Assembly: GCA_963765195.1 (NCBI GenBank)
Contig: CAVXVV010000039.1
Location: 222,822 to 286,821, forward strand
Reading direction: 5' to 3'
DNA from: an uncultured Candidatus Rokubacteria bacterium
Lineage (GTDB): Bacteria > Methylomirabilota > Methylomirabilia > Rokubacteriales > DASRDR01
Length of the DNA stretch: 64,000 nt
In this document: positions 46,459 through 55,109 of the stretch, piece after piece
Layout: each line of letters starts with the position of its first letter
Position numbering within the stretch: the first letter of the stretch is position 1
Notes under the pieces: generated by a model
The model's input: only the letters and a program-made list of their open reading frames with translations
Told to the model about the DNA's origin: nothing
Database searches by the model: none
Program-made: the position numbers and the translations under genes

Positions 46459-47103
46459 TCAGGCCCACCGCCCGACAAGATCCTCGAGCTCCGTCGAGAA
46501 GCTCGCGAGATCGCGGTACTGGATGGCATGGAGGCCGGCCGTCCGGGCTCCGACCACGTTCTCCAGCTTGTCGTCGGTGAAGACGGCCTCCGCCGGCGCG
46601 ACGCCGAGCTCGGCCATGACGCGGTCGAAGATGGCGCGCTCGGGCTTGTGAAGCCCGAGCTCGGTCGAGAGAAACGCCCGATCGAATGCGCGGTAGAGGC
46701 CACGGTCGCGGTTGAACCGGCCGACCTCGACCTCGGTGTTCGTGAGGCAGGCCACCACGTGGCGGCCGCGCAGCGCCTGGACCAGCGCGAGCACACCGGC
46801 GTCGAGAGTGCCGGTCGCGGCCTCGTACACCGCAAGGTGACGCGCCACGGCGGCGTCGGCCTCGACCGGGCTCCCCGCCTCACGCGCGACCCTCGCGTAG
46901 AACTCCCGGAGCGTCATCCGGCCCAGGGTGAGGGCCAGACCGTCGACCGAGCGCTCCCGCCGCAGTTGCGGCTCCGGCATCCCCAGCATCCGCGCCAGCT
47001 CGGGGAACAAGGCGTCGTCGAACGGCGGCTCGAGGATCCCGCCCATGTCGAAGATCACCGCCTTGATGGGAGTCACGGCGGGAGCGCCGGCGGGCGAGCT
47101 CAC
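46459..47103 (-). CDS. HAD-superfamily hydrolase (subfamily IA-like)
   Basis: Motif I VIFDMGG, and later TNT..., K..., FTDD. GTG at 47103 overlaps the upstream LLM stop (GTGA). An alternative GTG lies at 47076. Confidence 0.8.
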   Translation of the reverse strand: MSSPAGAPAVTPIKAVIFDMGGILEPPFDDALFPELARMLGMPEPQLRRERSVDGLALTLGRMTLREFYARVAREAGSPVEADAAVARHLAVYEAATGTLDAGVLALVQALRGRHVVACLTNTEVEVGRFNRDRGLYRAFDRAFLSTELGLHKPERAIFDRVMAELGVAPAEAVFTDDKLENVVGARTAGLHAIQYRDLASFSTELEDLVGRWA

Positions 47104-48107
47104 GCGAAGGCGGGCATGACGTGCTTGGCCATGAGGTCGATCTGCCGCGGGTCGTCGCTGACCGGGCCGAGCACCATGTACTCCATTCCCGAGGACACGA
47201 GGTCGGCGATGCGGGCGTTGATCCGGTCGACGGATCCCACCATGTAGCATTCCTGGAGATGCTCCCAGCTGCGGTGCGTCCCCATCGTCCGGACGAACGG
47301 TGCGCGGGACGCCTCGACCGCGCGCTCGTGCTTCGACGTCTCGACGAGATGGGTGAAGTTGCAGTGCCCGAAAACCATGGTCTTGGGATCCCGGCCCATG
47401 CGCGCGGCGTGGCGCTGCAGATCCTCCCAGTCCCGCTTCACCCATTCCTGCTTCCCGGAGCATCGGGAGATCCAGTTGCCCGCCCGAACGATCCGCTCGG
47501 CCACCGTCGTGGCGAGCTTCGGCACGTCGTGCTCACCGGGGTCCGGGATCCGCGATCCGCCGGAGACCCACACCTCGGGCAGCGTCGGGGGCCTCGGATC
47601 GATCGTCACGTCGTCGAAGTGATAGTAGCGGCCGTGGAAGGTCGCGTTCGGCCGCGAGAGCAGCAGGAGCACCGCCTCGATCAGCTCGTCCGTCCGCTTC
47701 CCACGCTCCTCGATCCGGGTGCCCGTCACCTCGTATTCGCGCGCGTACCAGCCCGGGCCCACGCCGAACAGGTAGCGGCCCTGGGAGAGGTGACAGAGCG
47801 TCGAGATCTCCTTGGCGAGCATCACCGGATGCCGGACCGGAAGGACCAGGATGCCCGTGGCCAGCTTGACGCGCGTCGTGAGCGCGGCGGCATAGGTGAG
47901 GACGTTGAGCGGCTCGAGCCAGGCGTTGCCGTAGAGCCCGGGCGCCGACAGGAGGTGGTCGATGACCCAGACGTCGATCCCGTGCTCCTCGCACTTCACG
48001 ATCGAGTCCTTGATCTTCGCCACGTTCTCCCGGACGCTCTCCGGCGTCCCGGGGTCGTCCGCCCACGCGTAGGTCGGGATCCAGACGCCGAACTTGAGCT
48101 TGGCCAT
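47100..48107 (-). CDS. LLM-class flavin-dependent oxidoreductase
   Basis: MAKLKFGVWIPTY..., VWVIDHL, GRYLFGVGPGW. 335 aa. Confidence 0.9.
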   Translation of the reverse strand: MAKLKFGVWIPTYAWADDPGTPESVRENVAKIKDSIVKCEEHGIDVWVIDHLLSAPGLYGNAWLEPLNVLTYAAALTTRVKLATGILVLPVRHPVMLAKEISTLCHLSQGRYLFGVGPGWYAREYEVTGTRIEERGKRTDELIEAVLLLLSRPNATFHGRYYHFDDVTIDPRPPTLPEVWVSGGSRIPDPGEHDVPKLATTVAERIVRAGNWISRCSGKQEWVKRDWEDLQRHAARMGRDPKTMVFGHCNFTHLVETSKHERAVEASRAPFVRTMGTHRSWEHLQECYMVGSVDRINARIADLVSSGMEYMVLGPVSDDPRQIDLMAKHVMPAFA

Positions 48108-48151
48108 CTCTTCCTATGCCCTCGGGTCGGCCAGCGCGGAAGGGCGGGCGG

Positions 48152-48517
48152 TCACGACGACACCTTCCCGTACCGGAGCTCGAGCGTCGTGCAGCCCCGG
48201 GGCACCCGGTAGGGCCCGTGGACCATGCCGGGCGGGCGGCACGCGTACATCCCGGCCGTGAAGGTCTTCCCCTTGCCCAGGTCGATCAGCTCGCCCGAGA
48301 GGATCCAGACCTCCTCCCAGAAGTCGTGCGTGATCGTCTCCTTGGTCTCGACGCCGGCCGCGAACCGGAGGAGGCGCGTCACGTCCCCGGTCTCCTCGTC
48401 GAGGGCCAGGACCTTCTGCTCGACTCCAGGGCCCCCCGCGCCCCCGGTGGTGGAGCCGGCAACTGGCTGCCAGGGGATGTGGTCGGGCGCGAAGAACTCG
48501 AGCTCGGGCTTCGGCAT
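48152..48517 (-). CDS. Cupin-domain protein (ChrR-like cupin)
   Basis: 121 aa. ...THDFWEEVWILSGELIDL...GMYACRPPGMVHGP forms a cupin barrel. It is the first gene of a four-gene minus-strand operon. Confidence 0.75.
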   Translation of the reverse strand: MPKPELEFFAPDHIPWQPVAGSTTGGAGGPGVEQKVLALDEETGDVTRLLRFAAGVETKETITHDFWEEVWILSGELIDLGKGKTFTAGMYACRPPGMVHGPYRVPRGCTTLELRYGKVSS

Positions 48518-48683
48518 GCGGAGGGTCTCCTTCGATCGGGGTCGGCGCGCGGCGCCCGTTCAGTATCGAGAGGCCCGGAGACGTCGTCAAGCGGGCGACG
48601 CGGGACGCCGGCGATGCGTTGACGTCCCGCCGGCGACGCGGTATCCGTGAAGCCCCGGCATCGACGCCACAAGGAGACGAGCC

Positions 48684-49292
48684 ATGGCGATCCGCATCAC
48701 GCGCGTCTATACCCGCACCGGCGACCGTGGCGAGACGGCGCTGGTCGGCGGGCGCCGTGTCCCCAAGGACGCGCCCCGCATCGAGGCCTACGGCACGGTC
48801 GACGAGCTCAACGCGATCCTCGGCCTGGCGCGGGTCTTCAACGCCGAGCGGCTCGCCGACGGCGAGGGCCACGAGTGGCTCGACGAGACGCTCCGCCGAC
48901 TGCAGAACCAGCTCTTCGACCTCGGATCGGAGCTGGCCACGCCGGACGACGCCGCCTACGAGGGGATGTACCGGGTCGGCCAGGCGGACGTGACGGAGCT
49001 CGAGAAGCTGATCGACCGCTGCCAGAAGGAGCTCGAGCCCCTCAAGTCGTTCGTGCTTCCGGGGGGCGGCCGGGTGGGAGCGTTCCTCCATCAGGCCCGG
49101 ACGGTGTGCCGGCGCGCCGAGCGGGAGGTCCTGCGGCTCTCGCGGGCCGAGCCGCTGTCGGAGTGGCCGCTGCGCTACGTCAACCGGCTGAGCGACCTGC
49201 TCTTCGTGCTGTCGCGGTGGGTCGCGCGGCGGCTCGGGGAGTCGGAGTACCTCTGGGAGCGGGGTCTGGCGGCCCACAAGCGCCGAGACTAG
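48684..49292 (+). CDS. ATP:cob(I)alamin adenosyltransferase, PduO-type
   Basis: MAIRITRVYTRTGDRGETAL...YGTVDELNA is a characteristic PduO-type N-terminus. AAGGAGA SD. Confidence 0.9.
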   Translation: MAIRITRVYTRTGDRGETALVGGRRVPKDAPRIEAYGTVDELNAILGLARVFNAERLADGEGHEWLDETLRRLQNQLFDLGSELATPDDAAYEGMYRVGQADVTELEKLIDRCQKELEPLKSFVLPGGGRVGAFLHQARTVCRRAEREVLRLSRAEPLSEWPLRYVNRLSDLLFVLSRWVARRLGESEYLWERGLAAHKRRD

Positions 49293-49293
49293 A

Positions 49294-49321
49294 GAGGCGC
49301 CGCCCGCGGGGGCGGCGCCTC
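49294..49321. terminator. Perfect 12-bp GC hairpin GAGGCGCCGCCC-GCGG-GGGCGGCGCCTC between convergent genes
   Basis: Read directly. It begins 2 nt after the PduO-type gene stop, and the downstream convergent gene ends at 49355. Confidence 0.6.
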
Positions 49322-49354
49322 ACCCGGAAGGCCCGGGGACGGTCGGGCCGGACG

Positions 49355-49768
49355 CTACTCGAAGCGGTAACGCGGGGCGTCCTTCGAGATGTAGAGCTCC
49401 GGCATGTGGCTCTGGTAGGTCTGGGCGTCATCCGTGTTCAGGCCGAACCACTCGGGAGCCAGCCCGCCGAGCATGTAGAGCGGCTTCATGATCACCCAGT
49501 CGAGCGCCACGCCGATCGGGTGGAACACGAACCCGAGCGGCCGGAAGGGATGCCCGTACGCGCTCGGGGTCGACGTGGACCCGACCCAGGTCGGGTCCGG
49601 CAGCTTCGACAGCGACGGGAGCGCCGGGTTGTAGATGTACTCCCCGTCGGGCAACCCCTGCGACACGTACTTGAACCCGTCGTCCTTCGACGCCTTCAGG
49701 CTGCTGGCCGAGCAGCCCGCACCGAGCGCTGCGGCCACCACCAGGATGATCAGCTTCCGCGTCCCCAT
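49355..49768 (-). CDS. Hypothetical lipoprotein (137 aa)
   Basis: ATG at 49768 with GGGAGGGAG SD. Lipobox LGAGC after a hydrophobic signal (MGTRKLIILVVAAALGAGC). Confidence 0.65.
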   Translation of the reverse strand: MGTRKLIILVVAAALGAGCSASSLKASKDDGFKYVSQGLPDGEYIYNPALPSLSKLPDPTWVGSTSTPSAYGHPFRPLGFVFHPIGVALDWVIMKPLYMLGGLAPEWFGLNTDDAQTYQSHMPELYISKDAPRYRFE

Positions 49769-49848
49769 GGCTCCCTCCCGCCGGGCCACCCGGCCGTGCC
49801 TGTGCCAGCCTTCCCGTCCACCGGACCGGGACCCCGGCCGGCGGTTGG

Positions 49849-49878
49849 ACCGTAGCACGAGCCTACGTCCACATCAAG
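49849..49878 (-). promoter_or_regulatory. Candidate promoter for the lipoprotein gene: TTGATG-N18-TACGGT, preceded by an A-tract (UP-element-like)
   Basis: The minus strand reads tttAAAAAAActTTGATG...TACGGT. It lies in the strongly AT-rich patch at 49860-49930. Confidence 0.3.
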
Positions 49879-50035
49879 TTTTTTTAAACAAAGTCCAAGT
49901 GTGTACAAATAGAATCCCTCTGAGTAGACTTGGGCGGTACCTCAACGACCCTGACGATTGGAGGCTGGGTGGCAATCCAGGATCACCCTCTACTGGGCCG
50001 ACTGAAGGACTGGCTCGAAGCCGCGGCCGCCCTCA

Positions 50036-50503
50036 TTCGAGGCGGTCGATCTGAACGCGCTCATCAAGCAGACGATGGACCTCGAGCGGCCCCAGTGCTC
50101 CGTGGCCGGGATCACGCTCGCCGCGGATTTCCAGGCCGATCTGCCGCGCGTGACGGCCGACCCGCACCGTCTCGGACAGGTCCTGATGAACCTCCTGGGC
50201 AACGCGCGCCAGGCCATGGACACGTCCGGCAAGGGTCGGAACCTGACCGTGCGCACCCGGCGTCGCGGGGAGCTCGTCGAGATCCAGGTCGCCGATGACG
50301 GACCGGGAATTCCAGGCGACGTGAAGGCGAAGATCTTCGACTGGTTCCTCACCACGAAGCCGCCCGGCGAGGGCACGGGCCTCGGGCTCGCGGTCTCTCG
50401 CGAGATCCTGCAGGCGCACGGCGGGAATCTCCGCCTGGAGGACACTCCGGGCGGCGGCGCCACCTTCGTCCTCGACATCCCGCGGGAGCGTCCCCGCAGC
50501 TAG
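50036..50503 (+). pseudogene. Histidine kinase remnant: HATPase_c domain only (5'-truncated)
   Basis: The frame opens at 50006, just after the AT-rich patch. FEAVDLNALIKQ..., N-box LMNLLGNARQAM, G1 DDGPGI, G2 GTGLGL. No DHp/H-box and no sensor domain precede it. Confidence 0.6.
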
Positions 50504-50547
50504 CCCGTCGCCCCGACGCTCGGGCTCGCCGCCCGCCGTCGGGTACA

Positions 50548-51795
50548 ATGCGCGCGATGCGCCTCCTTTGGACGCTGCTCGGCGCCGGCCGGCTGCCGGA
50601 GGCGTCGCGATCCAAGCTCGGGATCGTGGGTCTCCTCTACTTCATCGAGGGAAGCCCGGTGAGCGTGCTGTGGGAGGTGCTGCCCGTCTACCTTCGCCTC
50701 CACGGCACCTCGCTCCGCGCCATCGGCGGGCTGAGGCTCCTCGAGCTGCCGTTCTCGCTGAAGTTCCTCTGGTCGCCCCTGATCCAACGGTTCGGCGATC
50801 GCCGCGACTGGGTCTCGGGCGCCATGCTCGTGGTGGCGGCGGTCGTTGCCCTGCTCGCCCTGCCCGATCCCGCGCGCGACCTGAACGTCCTCTTCGGCCT
50901 GATCCTGGTGCTCACCATCGCCTCGGCCACCCAGGACATGGCGATCGACGCGTACACCGTCACGCTGGTGGATCGCGAGGAGCAAGGCGCGGCGAACGGG
51001 GTCCGCGCCTCCGCGTACCGCGTGGCGCTCGTCCTGATCGGCAGCGGCATGGTCGCCCTCGCGACCTGGCTGCCCTGGAGCGTCCTGTTCTGGGCGGCCG
51101 CGCTCGTGTTCGTCGGGCTCGGGCTCGCCGTCCGATGGGTGCCACGCCTCGACGTACCGGCCGAGGCGCGCGCCCACTGGCTCGCCCCGTTCGCGGGCTG
51201 GATCGCCACCTGGCGCGCGGTCCCGCTCATCCTCTTCGTCCTCACGTACAAGCTGGGCGAGTTCGCGATCGGGCCCATGGTCAAGCCGTTCTGGGTGGAC
51301 CGGGGGCGGTCGCTGCTCGAGATCGGGCTGGTGCCGACGGCCCTCGGCATCGGGCTTTCGATCGCGGGCGCGCTCGTCGGCGGCGCCTTCATGCAGCGCT
51401 ACGGCACCCTCACCGCCCTGTGGGCGCTCGGCGTGCCCCAGGCGATCTCGAACCTCGGCTACGCCGCCGTCGCGCTGTGGGGCCTCCCCTGGCCGGCCCT
51501 CTACGCAGCGTCAATGATCGACTCGTTCTCGGGAGGGCTGGGGACCGCGGCGTTCCTCGGCTTCTTCCTGGCGGTCTGCGACCGGGAAGGGGCGACGCTC
51601 CAGTACGCGTTCCTGTCTTCGCTCTTCTCGTTGACCGGCCGGCTGGCGGGATCGGTGAGCGGGATCGGCACCGAGCGATGGGGGTATGGTCCGTACTTCG
51701 CGCTGACCTTCCTCGCGTCCCTGCCCGGGCTCCTTCTCGTCCCGCTCGTCGCGTCGTGGCTTCCGGCCCGGCTCGACCGCCGACCCGAGCCGTGA
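50548..51795 (+). CDS. ampG: AmpG-family muropeptide MFS transporter
   Basis: LGIVGLLYFIEGSP...LKFLWSPLI is typical of the AmpG/PAT family. About 12 TM. Its stop overlaps the start of the GH3 gene. Confidence 0.8.
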   Translation: MRAMRLLWTLLGAGRLPEASRSKLGIVGLLYFIEGSPVSVLWEVLPVYLRLHGTSLRAIGGLRLLELPFSLKFLWSPLIQRFGDRRDWVSGAMLVVAAVVALLALPDPARDLNVLFGLILVLTIASATQDMAIDAYTVTLVDREEQGAANGVRASAYRVALVLIGSGMVALATWLPWSVLFWAAALVFVGLGLAVRWVPRLDVPAEARAHWLAPFAGWIATWRAVPLILFVLTYKLGEFAIGPMVKPFWVDRGRSLLEIGLVPTALGIGLSIAGALVGGAFMQRYGTLTALWALGVPQAISNLGYAAVALWGLPWPALYAASMIDSFSGGLGTAAFLGFFLAVCDREGATLQYAFLSSLFSLTGRLAGSVSGIGTERWGYGPYFALTFLASLPGLLLVPLVASWLPARLDRRPEP

Positions 51796-52877
51796 CCGGC
51801 GGCGCCGGCGAGCTCCTCGCGGTCGGCTTCGAGGGCACGGCGCTGCCCGAAGCAATCGCCGAGCTCTCCGCCTCGAGCGGGCTGGGCGGCATCGTGCTCT
51901 TCGCGCGGAACTGCCCGACCCTCGACGCCGTCCTCACGCTGACCGGCGCTGCGCGCGCTCTCGGGCCCGACGTGCTGGTGCTGGTCGACCACGAGGGTGG
52001 GCGCGTCCACCGCTTGCCCCCGCCGTTCACGCGCTTTCCCCCCGCCGGAACGGTCGGTCGCGCGGGGGACCCCGATCTGGCCGGGCTGGTCGCCCGGGCG
52101 ATGGCCCGTGAGCTGCGCGCCGCGGGGTTCGACTCCGGGCTCACGCCCGTCCTGGACTGCCGCACCGATCCGGCCAGCATCGTCGTCGGGGACCGGGCGT
52201 ACGCCGAGGATCCGGACGCGGTCGCCGCGTGCGGGGAGGCCTTCGTGCGCGCGGCCTTGGCGGAAGGCCTGATCCCCGTGGCCAAGCACTTCCCCGGGCA
52301 CGGGCGAACACCCGTCGACTCCCACCTCGCCCTCCCGGAGGTCGACGTCGCCCTCGCCGAGCTGGAGCGGAACGAGCTGGTGCCGTTCCGCCGCGTGCTC
52401 GCCGCGGGATGCCCCGCAGTCATGGTGGCCCACGTGCGATATCCGGCGCTCGATCCGGAGTGCCCGGCCTCGCTGTCGGAGCCGGTCATCTCGGGACTGC
52501 TCCGCGGCCGCCTGGACTTCGGCGGCCTCGTCGTGAGCGACGACCTGGAAATGGCCGCGGTACGGAGCGGCTGGGGCGTGGGCGTCGCCGCGGCGCGCTT
52601 CCTGACGGCGGGCGGCGATCTTGCCCTCGTCTGCCGGGAAGACGCGACCCGCGCGGAGGCGATGGCCGCCGTCGGGCAAGCGCTCGCGGACGGAGCGATC
52701 GCGCCCCGCGCGGCCGCGGCGGCGCGCGACCGCCGGAGAGCCCTCCGGCGATGGGTCGAGCGCACGAGCGGGAGGCCGGACGCGAGCGTCATCGGCTGCG
52801 CCGAGCATCGAGAACTCCTGGAGGAGATCCTCGCCCGGGCGGGCCGCGACGGCGCCGGCCCGCCCGGTCCGGCGTGA
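51792..52877 (+). CDS. nagZ: Beta-N-acetylhexosaminidase, glycoside hydrolase family 3 (NagZ-like)
   Basis: GTGA overlap with ampG. GH3 N-domain motifs VDHEGGRV and KHFPGHG. 361 aa. Confidence 0.85.
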   Translation: MTGGAGELLAVGFEGTALPEAIAELSASSGLGGIVLFARNCPTLDAVLTLTGAARALGPDVLVLVDHEGGRVHRLPPPFTRFPPAGTVGRAGDPDLAGLVARAMARELRAAGFDSGLTPVLDCRTDPASIVVGDRAYAEDPDAVAACGEAFVRAALAEGLIPVAKHFPGHGRTPVDSHLALPEVDVALAELERNELVPFRRVLAAGCPAVMVAHVRYPALDPECPASLSEPVISGLLRGRLDFGGLVVSDDLEMAAVRSGWGVGVAAARFLTAGGDLALVCREDATRAEAMAAVGQALADGAIAPRAAAAARDRRRALRRWVERTSGRPDASVIGCAEHRELLEEILARAGRDGAGPPGPA

Positions 52878-53100
52878 ATTCCCGGTCGCGTCGACGTCCG
52901 GGTCAAGGCATACTGAGCGGGATCTCGGGCGGCGCGGAGCGTGGGCCTGACCCCGTGGCAACCGAGCCCTCCGTCGGTCCGCCTCCCATCACCCGGATCA
53001 GATAGGTCGATTTTCTTTGCCGTCCTACGCGAGATCCTAGGTGTAACTTAGCGTCACGTTGGGCTTTCACACACTCTGAGCTCACTCCAGGAGGCGCAGT

Positions 53101-54330
53101 TTGCGGCGCGTCGTCGTCACCGGTATGGGCGTGGTTTCCCCCCTGGGGGTCGGTATCGACACTTTCTGGGACGGCCTGATCAACGGTCGGAGTGGGGTCC
53201 GGCGAATCACCCGCTTCGACCCTTCGCCATATCCCAGCCAGATCGCGGGCGAGGTTCCCGACTTCGATGCCACCGCCTACCTCTCCCGGCGGGACACCGT
53301 CCGCACGGATGTGTTCATTCACTACGCATTGATCAGCGCCCAGGCGGCGCTCGCGGACTCCGGCGTCAAGATCGACGGCCAGAACGACCGTGTCGGCGTC
53401 TCGATCGGCACCGGCATGGGCGGGGTCCCGATGCTCCTCAACTCGTGGGACACGCTCCAGCGTGAAGGCATGCTGGGAGTGAGCGCGTACGCGCTCCCAG
53501 GAAGCCTGCCCAACATGGCCGCCGGATGGGTGTCCATGCGCTCGGGCGCGCGGGGACCGATCTTCAGCCCCACGACGGCCTGCGCCGCGAGCAGCCAGGC
53601 CGTGGGCGACGCCTTCCGGGCGATCCAGCGCGGGGACGCCGATGTGATGCTGGCCGGCGGAACCGACTCGCTCATCCACCCGGTTGTCGTCGCGGGCTTC
53701 TCGGCGATCCATGCCCTCTCGACCCGGAACGACGCGCCGTCGACGGCGAGCCGGCCCTTCGACAAGGACCGCGACGGGTTCGTCCTGGCGGAGGGGGCGG
53801 GGGTACTCGTCCTCGAGGTCCTGGAGGCCGCCCGCGCGCGGGGCGCCCGCATCTACGCGGAGCTCCTGGGGTACGGGCTCTCGGCCGACGCGCACCACCC
53901 GACGGCCTCTTCGGCAAACGGGCCCGCCCGTGCGATGCGACTCGCCCTCGGCGACGCGAAGGTGGCGCCGGAGGCGGTGGACTACATCAACGCCCACGGG
54001 ACCTCCACTCCGCTGAACGACCAGCACGAGACGGAGGCCATCAAGGCGGTCTTCGGTGAGCATGCCCGGCGTCTGGCGATCAGCTCGATCAAGTCGATGA
54101 CGGGCCACCTGGTGGGCGCGGCCGGAGCCGTGGAGGCCATCGCGACCGCGCTCGCGCTCCACCACGGGATCCTCCCGCCCACGATCAACTACACGACGCC
54201 GGATCCCGCGTGCGACCTGGACTACGTGCCGAACCAGGCTCGCCGTGCCCCGCTTCGGGTGGCAATGTCCAACTCATTTGCGTTCGGCGGGACCAACTCG
54301 ATCCTGGTCCTGGGCCGCGGGGAGGCGTGA
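53101..54330 (+). CDS. fabF: Beta-ketoacyl-ACP synthase II (FabF-type KS)
   Basis: TTG start after a GGAGG SD. Active-site TACAASS, HGTSTPLND and MTGHLVGAAG, with C-terminal NSFAFGGTNS. 409 aa. Confidence 0.9.
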   Translation: MRRVVVTGMGVVSPLGVGIDTFWDGLINGRSGVRRITRFDPSPYPSQIAGEVPDFDATAYLSRRDTVRTDVFIHYALISAQAALADSGVKIDGQNDRVGVSIGTGMGGVPMLLNSWDTLQREGMLGVSAYALPGSLPNMAAGWVSMRSGARGPIFSPTTACAASSQAVGDAFRAIQRGDADVMLAGGTDSLIHPVVVAGFSAIHALSTRNDAPSTASRPFDKDRDGFVLAEGAGVLVLEVLEAARARGARIYAELLGYGLSADAHHPTASSANGPARAMRLALGDAKVAPEAVDYINAHGTSTPLNDQHETEAIKAVFGEHARRLAISSIKSMTGHLVGAAGAVEAIATALALHHGILPPTINYTTPDPACDLDYVPNQARRAPLRVAMSNSFAFGGTNSILVLGRGEA

Positions 54331-54585
54331 GTGGCGACTCAGGGCGTCGCGGAGGGGCTCCGGGAGATCATGGCAGCACGGCTGGGACTTCCGGCGGAGC
54401 AGCTGGTGCCGGAGGCGCGGCTGGTCGAGGACCTGGGTCTCGATTCCCTCGACGCTGTCGAGCTCGCCATTTCTGTCGAGCGCAAGTTCGATATCGAGGT
54501 ACCGGAGGAGGAGCTTACCAAGCTCAAGACGGTGGCGGACATGGTCGCCCTCGTCGAGAGTCGAGTGAAGCAGGCGCCCGGGTGA
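54331..54585 (+). CDS. Acyl carrier protein
   Basis: GTG immediately follows the fabF stop. Phosphopantetheine attachment motif DLGLDSLD. 84 aa. Confidence 0.9.
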   Translation: MATQGVAEGLREIMAARLGLPAEQLVPEARLVEDLGLDSLDAVELAISVERKFDIEVPEEELTKLKTVADMVALVESRVKQAPG

Positions 54586-55096
54586 GACGCCGGGTCGCCA
54601 TCACCGGTCTCGGTGCCGTGACGCCGATCAGGATCGGTGTGAAAGCGTTCTGGCGCGGCCTCCGGGACGGCGCCCTGGGCGTCGGAAGAATCACGCGCTT
54701 CGATCCGTCCCCGTTCGCCTGCCAGGTCGCGGCCGAGGTCAAGGGCTTCGAGCCCGCGGGCGAGCGGCTCACTCCGGCGGGACGGTTCGCCCAGTTCGGC
54801 ATGGCCGCGGCCCGCATGGCCTACGACGACGCGGGCCTGTCCGGGCTTCGCGCCGCGAACGGGTTCGCGGTCTGCGTCGCGAGCGGCGCCAGCGCGGTGG
54901 CCGAGTTCCAAGAGGTGCTCGAGCGGAGCAGTTCGTGCCGCCGACCATGAATCACGACATCCCCGCTCCGGAGTGCGACCTCGACTACGTGCCCGGCCGG
55001 GGCCGCCCCGCCCGGGTGAACCGCGTCCTGGTGACCTCGCGCGCCATCGGGCCCACCCACTCGGCGGTCATTTTGGGCCGCCCGGAAGACAACTAG
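54582..55096 (+). pseudogene. Ketosynthase remnant with a large internal deletion (N-terminal ~125 and C-terminal ~50 codons in different frames)
   Basis: GTGA overlap with the ACP stop. VRRRVAITGLGAVTPIRIGVKAFWRGL...ITRFDPSPFACQVAAEVKGF is a KS N-terminus. After a frame change, PPTMNHDIPAPECDLDYVPGRGR...AVILGR is a KS C-terminus. The catalytic Cys and both His regions are absent. Confidence 0.65.
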
Positions 55097-55109
55097 CGCC
55101 CCGGCGCCG

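Noticed and set aside
49930-50035. Possible tRNA or small RNA gene between the AT-rich patch and the kinase fragment.
   Set aside because: No T-loop (GTTCRANYC) or cloverleaf-compatible pairing is visible. The sequence is better explained as the degraded 5' region of the truncated kinase.
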